Positions 53,649 to 62,947 of a stretch of DNA of 64,000 nt are shown piece by piece. Origin of the DNA: a virus. Under the pieces are notes generated by a model that was not told the DNA's origin, did not search any database, and saw nothing but the letters and a program-made list of their open reading frames with translations. Location of the stretch: positions 11,694-75,693 of the IMG/VR virus record IMGVR_UViG_3300023117_002343; one strand, written 5' to 3'. The stretch's first letter is position 1, and each line of letters starts with the position of its first letter. The position numbers and the translations under genes were made by a program.

Positions 53649-55996
53649 GAACCACACATGTCGCAGGCTTCTGGATTTTCAAGAGAGCAAGCGATGATCT
53701 CTTCTGGAGTAGGCTCTTCTTCTTTTTTGGTCTCGACCGTGATGGCTTTGGCCATAGAAGCCGGCTTGGAGCGCAGGTAGTACATGCCTGTTTTCAAGCC
53801 TTGTTCCCAAGCGAAGAAGTGCATTGAATTAACTTTGCCTATTGTAGGCTCTGCAATGAATAAGTTCATCGATTGGGACTGACAAATATAAGCGCCGCGG
53901 TCGGCTGCCATCTCGATGATGGGCTTCATGGACATCTCCCAGACGGTTCTGTATCGCCTCTTGATGTCGTCGGGAATGCTGGGAATGGCTTGAATGGAAC
54001 CTAAGTTGCGAACCACTTCATTTTTGAGATCCTCATCCCACAAGCCTTCTTTGACCAGATCGTTGACGAGATGACGATTAAGCACCACAAATTCACCAGA
54101 AAGAACGCGTCGAACGTATAGGTTGCTGGTGAACGGCTCGAAACACTCATTGTTGGCCAGAATTTGACTGGTGGAAGCAGTAGGCATCGGTGCTAGCAGC
54201 AGGCTGTTTCGCAGACCCCACTTTTTGATCTTGTTCTTAAGCGACTTCCAGTTGAGGTCTCCGACGGGTTCAACATTCCACATATCAAACTGAAGGACGC
54301 CCTGAGAAGCTGGAGAGCCATCAAAGCTCGAATAACTGCCGTTCTTCTTGGCCAACTCGCAGGAAGCTTCAAGGGCACCATAGTAAATGTGAGCAAAGAT
54401 CTGCTTGTTGAGTTCCTTGGCCTCTTCCGAATCAAAGTCTATTTTAAGAAGTGCAAACGTATCTGCCAAGCCCTGCACGCCAATGCCGATCGGCCGGTGT
54501 CTCATGTTAGAAGTACGAGTTTGTTCGGTCGGATAAAAGCCGCGGTCAATAACGTGATTGAGATTGTGTGTGACCTCAGATGCAATTGACCGCAGCAGGT
54601 CAAAATCGTACTTGCCATTCTTGACAAATCTGGGCAGAGCGATAGAGGCCAGATTGCAGACCGCAGTCTCGTCTGGATCCGAGTATTCAATGATCTCAGT
54701 GCAGAGATTGGACGACTTAATGGTGCCTAGATTTTTCTGATTACTTTTTTTGTTGGCTGAATCCTTGTAGAGCACGTATGGCACGCCTGTCTCAATCTGG
54801 GAAGTGATGACTTTGACCCACAGATCTCTGGCTTTCACCTGCTTAACGAACTGACCTGCTGCTTCGTATTTTTCGTACAACTCAACGAACTCTTCGCTGT
54901 GCACGTCTGATAGCCCAGGTGACTTGTGCGGACACATCAAGGACCACATGCCGTCTTCCTGGACGCGTTGCATAAACAGGTCAGGAACCCAGAGTGCATA
55001 GAAAAGGTCTCGAGCTCTAAGCTCTTCCTTTCCGTGATTCTTTTTCATTTCTAGAAATTCTTCGACGTCAGCATGCCAAGGTTCGAGATAGACTGCAAAG
55101 GCTCCTTTTCTCTTACCACCTTGGTTAACGTAACGTGCTGTCTCGTTCAGTACCTTGATCATGGGCACGACCCCGTCTGACTTGCCACCAGTACCGCCAA
55201 TTAGGGCTCCAGCTGCGCGCAAATTGTGGATGTGAAGACCGATGCCTCCAGCCCACTTTGAAATATTGGCAATCTGCTTGTAGGTCTCAAAGATGCCGTC
55301 GATTGAGTCGTCAGCGAGGCTTTGCAAAAAACAGGATGCCATTTGGCTGCGCGTGGTGCCAGCATTGAAAAGAGTCGGGGTGGCATGAATGTAAAGGCCC
55401 TTGCTTAAACTGTCGTAGCATTGCAGCGCTGCCGAAATATCAGTGCCGTGAATGCCTAGAGCCACTCTCATCCACATGAACTGAGGAGTCTCGGCAATTT
55501 CTCCATCAATCGATTTGAGATAGCCCCTCTTGAGGGTCAGAAGGCCGAAATAGTCAAAATTATTGTCTCGATCGTGCACGATAGCGCGGTCAATCAGTTC
55601 CGCCTTTTTACGATTAGAGACTATCTGAACTAATTCGTCCGAAACCAGCGGAGTGTGCAGGCCGGTATCTGGATTGACAAAATCGTAGAGCCTTCCAACA
55701 TTTTCACTAAAAGACACCGGAATGGACTTGCGCCAACGTGTCATGATAACCCTTGCAGCCAAGATTGAATAGTCTGGATGTACTGTGACCATTCTGGCAG
55801 CTTCCTGCGCGATAATTTCATCGATCTGTGCTGTCGTGATGCCGTCCACGACTGACTCGGCCACGCGTCGTGTCACTTCCGTTGGGACTACGTAATCTTT
55901 GTTGAGGTCTCTGCACTGACGCTTGATGCGCTGGGTAATCTTGTCAAACTTGATTTCTTCTCTTGTATCGTTGCTTTTTACTACATACTGTTTCAT
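53645..55996 (-). CDS. nrdA: Ribonucleotide reductase class Ia alpha subunit
   Basis: ATP cone, HATPTLFNAG, SCF, SNLCTEI, PTASTSQ, GLKTGMYY and C-term cysteines. Confidence 0.96.
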   Translation of the reverse strand: MKQYVVKSNDTREEIKFDKITQRIKRQCRDLNKDYVVPTEVTRRVAESVVDGITTAQIDEIIAQEAARMVTVHPDYSILAARVIMTRWRKSIPVSFSENVGRLYDFVNPDTGLHTPLVSDELVQIVSNRKKAELIDRAIVHDRDNNFDYFGLLTLKRGYLKSIDGEIAETPQFMWMRVALGIHGTDISAALQCYDSLSKGLYIHATPTLFNAGTTRSQMASCFLQSLADDSIDGIFETYKQIANISKWAGGIGLHIHNLRAAGALIGGTGGKSDGVVPMIKVLNETARYVNQGGKRKGAFAVYLEPWHADVEEFLEMKKNHGKEELRARDLFYALWVPDLFMQRVQEDGMWSLMCPHKSPGLSDVHSEEFVELYEKYEAAGQFVKQVKARDLWVKVITSQIETGVPYVLYKDSANKKSNQKNLGTIKSSNLCTEIIEYSDPDETAVCNLASIALPRFVKNGKYDFDLLRSIASEVTHNLNHVIDRGFYPTEQTRTSNMRHRPIGIGVQGLADTFALLKIDFDSEEAKELNKQIFAHIYYGALEASCELAKKNGSYSSFDGSPASQGVLQFDMWNVEPVGDLNWKSLKNKIKKWGLRNSLLLAPMPTASTSQILANNECFEPFTSNLYVRRVLSGEFVVLNRHLVNDLVKEGLWDEDLKNEVVRNLGSIQAIPSIPDDIKRRYRTVWEMSMKPIIEMAADRGAYICQSQSMNLFIAEPTIGKVNSMHFFAWEQGLKTGMYYLRSKPASMAKAITVETKKEEEPTPEEIIACSLENPEACDMCGS

Positions 55997-56962
55997 TTAA
56001 AATTCACCGTCCCACGTCAGTGCCTGAGATTCTCCAGACTTCACATTGGCTTTTGCATATTCGCTCACACGCCTCTCAAAAAAGTTGGTCTTGCCTTCCA
56101 ATCCCAGCATTTCCATCCAGGGAAACGGATTGGCTGAGTTGTAGATCTTAGCGTATCCCAGATCGACCAACAATTGATCTGCCACAAATTCGATGTACTG
56201 ACTCATTGCGTCGGAGTTCATACCGATAAGACTGACTGGTAGCGCTTCACAGACAAAGTTCTTTTCGATATCAACTGCCTCAGACACAATCTGGTGGACC
56301 TCCTCTGTTGACAGTTTTTCAAAAATGTGGTTTTTGTAAATTGTCACGGCAAAGTCGGTATGAGATGCCTCGTCGCGAGAAATCAACTCGTTAGAAAAAG
56401 TCAGCCCTTTGAGACCCTTGTTGCGATGTTTGAGCCAGAAGATGGAACAGAAAGAGCCCGAAAAAAAGATGCCTTCCACGCAAGCAAAAGCAATCAGACG
56501 ACGGACAAAAGAATCAGAAGAATCAATCCATTTGAGAGCCCACTGCGCCTTTTCGCCTACTGTCGGAATAGTGTCGATGGCCCTCAACAGCTTGATCTTC
56601 TCGTTCTGATCAGAGACATATGTGTCAATCAAAAGTGAATAGGTCTCACTATGAATAGTTTCCATGGCAGCCTGAAACGTATACGCTGCACGAGCCTCTG
56701 GGTACTGTACTTCATTGGCAAACCGATAGCATAGATTCTCGTTGACAATGCCGTCAGAGGCCGCAAAGAAAGCCAGTACATGCTTGATAAAGTGTCGCTC
56801 GTCATCGCTCAGCTTTTGCCAGTCTCGCAAGTCTTCGCTCAGATCAATTTCTTCTGCGGTCCAAAAGCTGGCTTCCTGCCGCTTAAATTCTGCCCACAGA
56901 TCGTTATGTACAATCGGATAAATGACAAATCTGTCAGGATTAGGTTGCAAAATTGGTTCCAT
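55997..56962 (-). CDS. nrdB: Ribonucleotide reductase class Ia beta subunit
   Basis: [32 protein letters not shown] and NFFE.RV..Y. Confidence 0.96.
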   Translation of the reverse strand: MEPILQPNPDRFVIYPIVHNDLWAEFKRQEASFWTAEEIDLSEDLRDWQKLSDDERHFIKHVLAFFAASDGIVNENLCYRFANEVQYPEARAAYTFQAAMETIHSETYSLLIDTYVSDQNEKIKLLRAIDTIPTVGEKAQWALKWIDSSDSFVRRLIAFACVEGIFFSGSFCSIFWLKHRNKGLKGLTFSNELISRDEASHTDFAVTIYKNHIFEKLSTEEVHQIVSEAVDIEKNFVCEALPVSLIGMNSDAMSQYIEFVADQLLVDLGYAKIYNSANPFPWMEMLGLEGKTNFFERRVSEYAKANVKSGESQALTWDGEF

Positions 56963-58392
56963 CAGAAACTCTCCTCTCTCTCCATTTCTTTCACTTCTTT
57001 CCACTTTTTAAGCAGGGCGGCTTTCGCCTCGCTATTCGAAGCCGCTGTGGCTTCATTGAGTGACATGCTATTTTCGTCCAGAATGCCAAAAGATGACATT
57101 GATGTGTCGATAGTGATCGGAAACACAATGCCGTCTCGGCCAGCTCGATTTTTGGCGATGAACAGACGACCCACGCCGGTGGCCTTCTCAGAAGCCTTAC
57201 GGGACAGGCTGATAACGACATCGGCGACCATGGCCTTGCCATAAGCCTCAGACATGTTTTCCAGTCCCACGATATCTGACTGTGCACTGTCTCGATTGGC
57301 TTGCGATGCTGTCCAGACTGGAATGTCCATCTCCATGGCCATATTGCGAAGCTCTTCATAGATGAGCTTGAGCTCGTGTCGCAGACTGTCATAGGACTTG
57401 GTGGACTTCATAATGTCAGCATAGTCAATGATGATCACATTGGGCTTAAAGCCCTTGAGAGACAGCTTCTCGATGTGATTGCGCAGCGTGACGACTGAGG
57501 CAGACCCGGTCGGATATTCTTTGATAATCAGGCGGCCTAGTTCTTTGTCCTGGTACACTTCCTTGACCATATCTTTATTATCTTGCACATCATTGCTTGG
57601 AATGCCACAGAGGTTTGAATCGTACCTAATTCCGACCGCTGTTTCAGTCAGTTCAAAGGTATAGTGCAGCACATTTTTTCCTGCGCGCATTGCATTGGCG
57701 CCAATGTTGACAAGCCAATGACTTTTTCCAACGCCCGTATTTGCCGTGACCACTCCGATTTCGCCGCGACCCAAACCGCCTTTAAAAATGTCCTTCTTGT
57801 CCAGCCTAGGAAAGCCAGTAGGCACAGCATTGCGATTAATCTTGACAAAGCGTGCTTCAATGTCTTCGAAAAAATCATGGCCACTTGAATTTTGCATGCC
57901 GATAGAAACAGCATTTTTCATCAGGTCAATGACTTCTTCGAAGTTTTCGCCTTGAATCAGATCAACGGACTTTTCCAGAGCGCCTTTGAAAGCCTGACGC
58001 TTACAAAAATCCAGCGTTTTGTCCTTGACATATCCGATATCACCCGGATTCGGATTGGCCTTGACGCGCAGCAAAAACTCGATGATCTGGTCTCGAATGA
58101 TGTCATCGCCGACGTCTGACAGTTCTTCTTTGATGACTTGGACCAACAAACCCAGCGTCGGAAAGCAGCGATACTTGTCGTAATAAGAAAAGTACTTCTC
58201 CGTCAGAAACCTGAGATAGTCGGTGTCAAAAAAGTTGGGCCTCATCACCTCAACCATCTGAGCGGCCCATGGCTTGTCGGTCACTAGGCCTTGAAATATC
58301 TTTTCTTGAAAATTTTTGCCGTAGCGTGAAAAGTGATGGACTTCGTTGGAATTTTCGATGATCTGTTTGAGAAATTGGTTCTGGATGCTCAC
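56962..58392 (-). CDS. Replicative SF4 helicase (T4 gp41/DnaB-like)
   Basis: [21 protein letters not shown] and AKNRAG. Confidence 0.92.
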   Translation of the reverse strand: MSIQNQFLKQIIENSNEVHHFSRYGKNFQEKIFQGLVTDKPWAAQMVEVMRPNFFDTDYLRFLTEKYFSYYDKYRCFPTLGLLVQVIKEELSDVGDDIIRDQIIEFLLRVKANPNPGDIGYVKDKTLDFCKRQAFKGALEKSVDLIQGENFEEVIDLMKNAVSIGMQNSSGHDFFEDIEARFVKINRNAVPTGFPRLDKKDIFKGGLGRGEIGVVTANTGVGKSHWLVNIGANAMRAGKNVLHYTFELTETAVGIRYDSNLCGIPSNDVQDNKDMVKEVYQDKELGRLIIKEYPTGSASVVTLRNHIEKLSLKGFKPNVIIIDYADIMKSTKSYDSLRHELKLIYEELRNMAMEMDIPVWTASQANRDSAQSDIVGLENMSEAYGKAMVADVVISLSRKASEKATGVGRLFIAKNRAGRDGIVFPITIDTSMSSFGILDENSMSLNEATAASNSEAKAALLKKWKEVKEMEREESF

Positions 58393-59339
58393 CGATACCT
58401 CACGGAATTGATTGCGGTAAAGTGGCGGTCGACGTCAAAGTTCAGCATGCCTTGCTGTGACATCAAGCGCAGTAATGACATTTTATCAGATTTTCCTGTA
58501 TTTTCAAGCTGGCCATTGATTTTTTGAATTTGGTCTGCGGACAGGCTTGAGGTGTCCAGGTGCATCAATTTCCAATTCTTCTTGGCCAATTCTTTGCTTT
58601 CTGAGATGGCTTTAATCGTCTTGCTCCTTTTTTGCTTTGCCAGCTCTGTTGCCTGCTCGACCAGTTGCTCGCAGGATATAAATTCATCTCCAGCTAGATC
58701 TGTAAACCACTTTGATATATTTTTGAATCCTGCGCCTTTTACTCCAGAAACATTGTCGCTATTGTCTCCCACAAAGCAGCGAGCTGTCACAAAGTTAGTA
58801 GGGCTGATTCCAAATTTTTCTATCACTGTCTGCTTGTCTATAATTTTTTTCTGGCCGGGAGAATATTGAACTACATGATCCCCTATGAGCTGGTGAAGGT
58901 CCTTGTCAGAGGAGACCACAATTGTTTCTGTGTCTTTTAAAATGTATCTTGCGATATATCCGATAACATCGTCCGCTTCACAGTCCTTTACGTAAATCTG
59001 AGTTATTGGTAGATTGCCCAAGGCTTTGACCAACAACGAGATCTGCATGGTGTGGTTGCTAACTGTCGCGGGAATGTCATCCTCATAATATCTATTCAGC
59101 GTCGCCGGTCTTCGCCCCATTTTATAGGATCCGGCAATTGCACGCCGCCTCATATTGCCGCCCGATTCCCACACGACAATAAGCCGCGAAGGGTTGAACT
59201 GCTCGCAGAGAATTCCCAGGCCCTTCAAAAAGCCCAGGAATCCTCCAACGTGCTCGCCGTTGTCGGACATTGAAGGATTGACGCAAAAATGCCGCGTAAA
59301 CACATTTAGGCCATCACACACCAAAATTGGATTTTTCAC
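58389..59339 (-). CDS. Second 5'-3' exonuclease (PolI N-terminal-like)
   Basis: DGLN, YK..R, EADDVIG, SSDKD and GDNSDNV.GV.G.G. Confidence 0.9.
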   Translation of the reverse strand: MKNPILVCDGLNVFTRHFCVNPSMSDNGEHVGGFLGFLKGLGILCEQFNPSRLIVVWESGGNMRRRAIAGSYKMGRRPATLNRYYEDDIPATVSNHTMQISLLVKALGNLPITQIYVKDCEADDVIGYIARYILKDTETIVVSSDKDLHQLIGDHVVQYSPGQKKIIDKQTVIEKFGISPTNFVTARCFVGDNSDNVSGVKGAGFKNISKWFTDLAGDEFISCEQLVEQATELAKQKRSKTIKAISESKELAKKNWKLMHLDTSSLSADQIQKINGQLENTGKSDKMSLLRLMSQQGMLNFDVDRHFTAINSVRYR

Positions 59340-60539
59340 CTATGCCTCGAGTGCTTGCAGACTTTCTTCCATGTCGTCGGCTATGGCTTTTACTTCTTCA
59401 TAAGACTCTGTGTCAATATCCATCTGGTTAGGATCAGAAAGCTTTCTGACAAAAGCATCTTCAATCAAGTCTTCCAAATAATCTTTGTATTCGGGATTAG
59501 TTAAAATTTTATCAAAATCTGATTTATAAAACTTTTTTTCCACAAATACTTCGCCAGTTTTTTCATCAACTACGTGCAATGTTTTCCAGGTGCTAGTGCC
59601 TGTAACACTAACTAATTTTCCATTACTTTTTGATTCTCCGTGTTTTCTTAGCTCGTCGAAAAGCTGCTCGTGTTCTCTGATTCCCTTGCCAAAGTGAATT
59701 TCAAAATTGCAGGTTCGGAAGGGCGCAGCAACCTTGTTTTTGATGGTCTTTGCCGACACATTAATGCCAATGATTTCGCCGTCCTTATTTTTGATAGGCT
59801 GACCTGCACCAAGCTTAATGCGTACTGAGGAGTGGAAGGGAATGGCTTTTCCACCCGGTGTCGTAGTTGGGTCGCCATACATTACGCCAATTTTCATGCG
59901 AATCTGATTGAGGCAGATCATCAACACGTTTTGATTGGCAATGACGCCGGTAATCTTACGCATGCCCTTGGAGATTGCTCGAGCCTGCAGGCCGATGGTC
60001 TCTTTGTCGTAATCGCCAGTAAGCTCGGCTTTGGGAGAAGTGGCCGCAACAGAGTCCCAAATAATGGTGATGGGTACATCTTTGTCCATGGCTTTGGCTT
60101 TCATGATGGTAGACTCAGCAATACTCAATACCTCTTCGGTGCAGTGAGTGTCGACATAGACAAAACGCTTGCTGATGTCCACTCCTAATAAGCTAAGGTT
60201 TTCAACAGAAGTGGCATTTTCCGTGTCAATATAAACTACGATGCCGCCCAGATCTTGCGTTGATTTGGCCAACTGAATGGCGATGTGCGACTTGCCAATC
60301 GAAGGCGGACCAAAAATTTCTACAATGCGGCCCTCAGGCAAGCCTCCGTTTCGACGATTTGCAACAAGGTAATCAAGCTGCTTGGAACCGGTACTGATCC
60401 ACCTCTTTACGTGGGTCGGAGAATCATCGTGCTCCAGATTGTAAGCAATTTTTGATCCATGATCTTTGTTGATAGACTTGATCAAATCTTGCGTAAAATC
60501 TTCCATGATATTTTCTGTATTCTTCTTTTTTCTAGCCAA
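59340..60539 (-). CDS. recA: RecA/UvsX recombinase
   Basis: ISTGS, GPPSIGKS, YIDTE, WDSVA, NQIR and TPGGKA. Confidence 0.93.
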   Translation of the reverse strand: MARKKKNTENIMEDFTQDLIKSINKDHGSKIAYNLEHDDSPTHVKRWISTGSKQLDYLVANRRNGGLPEGRIVEIFGPPSIGKSHIAIQLAKSTQDLGGIVVYIDTENATSVENLSLLGVDISKRFVYVDTHCTEEVLSIAESTIMKAKAMDKDVPITIIWDSVAATSPKAELTGDYDKETIGLQARAISKGMRKITGVIANQNVLMICLNQIRMKIGVMYGDPTTTPGGKAIPFHSSVRIKLGAGQPIKNKDGEIIGINVSAKTIKNKVAAPFRTCNFEIHFGKGIREHEQLFDELRKHGESKSNGKLVSVTGTSTWKTLHVVDEKTGEVFVEKKFYKSDFDKILTNPEYKDYLEDLIEDAFVRKLSDPNQMDIDTESYEEVKAIADDMEESLQALEA

Positions 60540-60562
60540 TGTAATTTCTCCTGGTTTTTTCG

Positions 60563-60591
60563 ATTATAATGAATTACGTCTGCATAAACAA
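60563..60591 (-). promoter_or_regulatory. sigma70-like promoter TTGTTT-N17-TATAAT for recA
   Basis: TATAAT at the correct spacing; -35 overlaps the terminator U-tract. Confidence 0.5.
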
Positions 60592-60623
60592 AAAAAATGC
60601 GGGGCAGCAAAACCGCCCCGCAT
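60590..60623 (-). terminator. Intrinsic terminator after the SSB gene
   Basis: ATGCGGGGC-N9-GCCCCGCAT followed by a T-run on the minus strand. Confidence 0.85.
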
Positions 60624-60654
60624 CTATTCAATATTGCTGATTTAGCAATATTCG

Positions 60655-61443
60655 CTAAAGATTTTCTAGGTCAGCAAAAGCATCGTCAAGATCTTTCATC
60701 GTGTTCGATGAAGAATCAGAGCTTTCGGACTCCGGAGCTTTTGAGGACTTGGTGCTAAAGTCTCCGCGTGAAGTGCCAGAAGATTCTTCTGGATCTTCAA
60801 GCCAGGCATTGATAATTTTTTCCAGCTCTTCGTAAGACTTGCACGAATACATTTCATCGAGATTCGGGATGTTATCAATCCACTCCTTAGCCTGCTTTTT
60901 GCTGGATGCAAGAGCTGTAGCTTTTGGACGAGGACGTACAGAAGTCTCAGCCCACATACGACCAGGTTGTTTTGAGCAGGAAACCTTGATGTCAAAACCT
61001 TCGTTCACATCGGTGATGTCTCCATAGTCAGAGTCCAACATGATCTTAAGCAGATCTTGATAAACTGTCTTGCCGAAAGACCACAGGCGAACACCTTTAT
61101 CTTCTTCTCCGCGCACAATCACAGCTGCATAGCTGCGCATCTTAGGATAGAGCTTTTTGGCAAGCTCGTAGGATTCTTTGGTATCATCGCTACGAAGCTT
61201 GGTGATGAGCTCTTGAAAGGGATCAGGCTTGCCAAACTGATAAGGTGCCAGAAGGCCCGGGTTATTACCAATGTTGTAATAAAAGTAACGCTCCTTGAAA
61301 GGCTGACCGTCGTTGTCCGGAAAAGCAATAATGCGAACCGTCTCTTCTTCGTTTTCGGTCGGACGCCACATGGTATTCTTGCGCGAATTAACGCCGCTCA
61401 GTTGATTGAGCTTCTTCTGCAATGCTGCTAGATTAACTGCCAT
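60655..61443 (-). CDS. T4 gp32-like ssDNA-binding protein
   Basis: WRP...VRI, PF, W.FGK.VY, YGDITD..G.D; acidic tail LDDAFADL. Confidence 0.85.
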   Translation of the reverse strand: MAVNLAALQKKLNQLSGVNSRKNTMWRPTENEEETVRIIAFPDNDGQPFKERYFYYNIGNNPGLLAPYQFGKPDPFQELITKLRSDDTKESYELAKKLYPKMRSYAAVIVRGEEDKGVRLWSFGKTVYQDLLKIMLDSDYGDITDVNEGFDIKVSCSKQPGRMWAETSVRPRPKATALASSKKQAKEWIDNIPNLDEMYSCKSYEELEKIINAWLEDPEESSGTSRGDFSTKSSKAPESESSDSSSNTMKDLDDAFADLENL

Positions 61444-61536
61444 TTTCTAAACCTCCATAATGTTAAATTGGCAAAATTCAAATTGCAATATGCAATCGAT
61501 TAGAATATTAGTAGTTTAAAGTTTAAAATACAAAAA

Positions 61537-61806
61537 TTATTTGCGCTTATTTTTAGGTGGTCGCGCTCCACCAAAAGCATCTCCGGCAGCTTCAGCCGGC
61601 GACTTGCGATGATCTACTCTGGAATTGGGATAAGTGGCATCAGTACCAAGAGGAGTTGTGGCTCCGGCAATATTTGCCACCACGCTCTGTTCCTCTTGTT
61701 CATCGTCATCTTTTGGCAGATCAGGTTCAGTCAGGAGACCGTTTTCCGGCTCGTCGACGTCTTCTGTCAGCATCCACTTAACGTACTTCCAAAGTTGACC
61801 TTGCAT
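61537..61806 (-). CDS. Small L/I-x-E protein
   Basis: LWKYVKWMLTE leader; ATATTTA at 61812-61818. Confidence 0.6.
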   Translation of the reverse strand: MQGQLWKYVKWMLTEDVDEPENGLLTEPDLPKDDDEQEEQSVVANIAGATTPLGTDATYPNSRVDHRKSPAEAAGDAFGGARPPKNKRK

Positions 61807-61825
61807 GCTTATAAATATGGCTCTA

Positions 61826-62404
61826 CTAGGATTTCATCTCATTTAAAGCAAACGTTCTGGCAGTGTGCAGAGACTGTGCCAAGGGCAAAATTTCGTTGGC
61901 ATAGAATCGATTCTCGTCGTACTGAAAGCCGCCAGAGGTCGCCACAGCCACCCACTCTTCTCGATCGACTTGAAAGCCAAACTTGGCCAGATAGTAAAGA
62001 GTGCGATGTGCCACAGACATCTTGGGACAATTTTCATTGTACTTGTAATTGCGGCCCAATTTTTCTCGGTGCCAATCAGAAGTCTCAGGCAGATACAGGT
62101 CCAGACCTTCCTCCAGATCACCCAGTCGGCCCAGTTCGTGCACTAGAGCCACTCGAACCAGCTTCTTAGGATTAACTACAGCATCAAATGCCCGACAGTG
62201 CTTGGCGGTATTAAGAGCAAAACTGATAAGGCCACCGGGCACGCCACCAAATTCAGGCTTCATATCGCGAGGCGACAAGGCCAGACGCTCTCCTAAAGCC
62301 CCCTCCAGCTTGTCGACAGCATCGTGAGAGTTGGGAAAAAATTTGCGCAGTAACGCAATGTACTTATCGTACGAACCTTTAATATCTTCAGCGTTGTATT
62401 CCAT
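61826..62404 (-). CDS. Degenerate HD-domain protein
   Basis: PGGL.SF, ALVHELGRLG and LHTAR, where the canonical motifs are GG..H, HDLGK and HxAD. Confidence 0.6.
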   Translation of the reverse strand: MEYNAEDIKGSYDKYIALLRKFFPNSHDAVDKLEGALGERLALSPRDMKPEFGGVPGGLISFALNTAKHCRAFDAVVNPKKLVRVALVHELGRLGDLEEGLDLYLPETSDWHREKLGRNYKYNENCPKMSVAHRTLYYLAKFGFQVDREEWVAVATSGGFQYDENRFYANEILPLAQSLHTARTFALNEMKS

Positions 62405-62416
62405 GCTGATACTATA

Positions 62417-62929
62417 TTATTTTTTTCGCATTTTTTTAGGAATTATTGTAGGAGTATCTGTTTCTTGTATAGGAATAAAGCTAATCTCATCTTCCAGCTG
62501 CAAAACTCCGGCATTTTCTGCTGCCCAGAGTGTGAGGTGAATATACTTTAGCGCAGATCGCTTATCTAAATCTTTAGATTTTATAGGTACTGTAAAGATT
62601 TGATTGTCTTCAATTTCTTTTAATTCAGGCATTCTGTATGCTTCGGCCATAACCTCGTTATTTTCAATCGCTTGCTCGATGATTGAAAAGGCTTTTTCGA
62701 TATCTGTATTGCCTTCCTGTCTTTTGACTCCCAGGTCATTAAGCAGTTCATTCGGTTCATTTTTTGCACGAACCCCTACCGACGCAACATCGCGGTTAAA
62801 TTGGCCGCGACCAACTGCGCCAACTATATCTACTTTTGTAATTCTTTTATCTTTTTTGTCTTTTGGTTGCTCTTTGAGCAGCTCCAACATGGCCCGCTTG
62901 ATCATCGTATTCAATTTTTTGGTGCTCAT
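62417..62929 (-). CDS. Hypothetical protein with a KKLNTMIKRAMLELLKE leader
   Basis: GAGG RBS; ATAATTA at 62949-62955. Confidence 0.65.
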   Translation of the reverse strand: MSTKKLNTMIKRAMLELLKEQPKDKKDKRITKVDIVGAVGRGQFNRDVASVGVRAKNEPNELLNDLGVKRQEGNTDIEKAFSIIEQAIENNEVMAEAYRMPELKEIEDNQIFTVPIKSKDLDKRSALKYIHLTLWAAENAGVLQLEDEISFIPIQETDTPTIIPKKMRKK

Positions 62930-62947
62930 ATTGCTAACCTCACTGCA

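Noticed and set aside
48315-57004. Eukaryotic or NCLDV origin suggested by the topo II, RNR and zincless Nei types
   Set aside because: Shine-Dalgarno sites, sigma70, DnaE, GroEL, RecA and operon coupling indicate a bacteriophage
39363-60539. Inteins or self-splicing introns in dnaE, nrdA, helicase and recA
   Set aside because: Lengths are ordinary, motifs are contiguous, and no intein-like or homing-endonuclease insertion was seen
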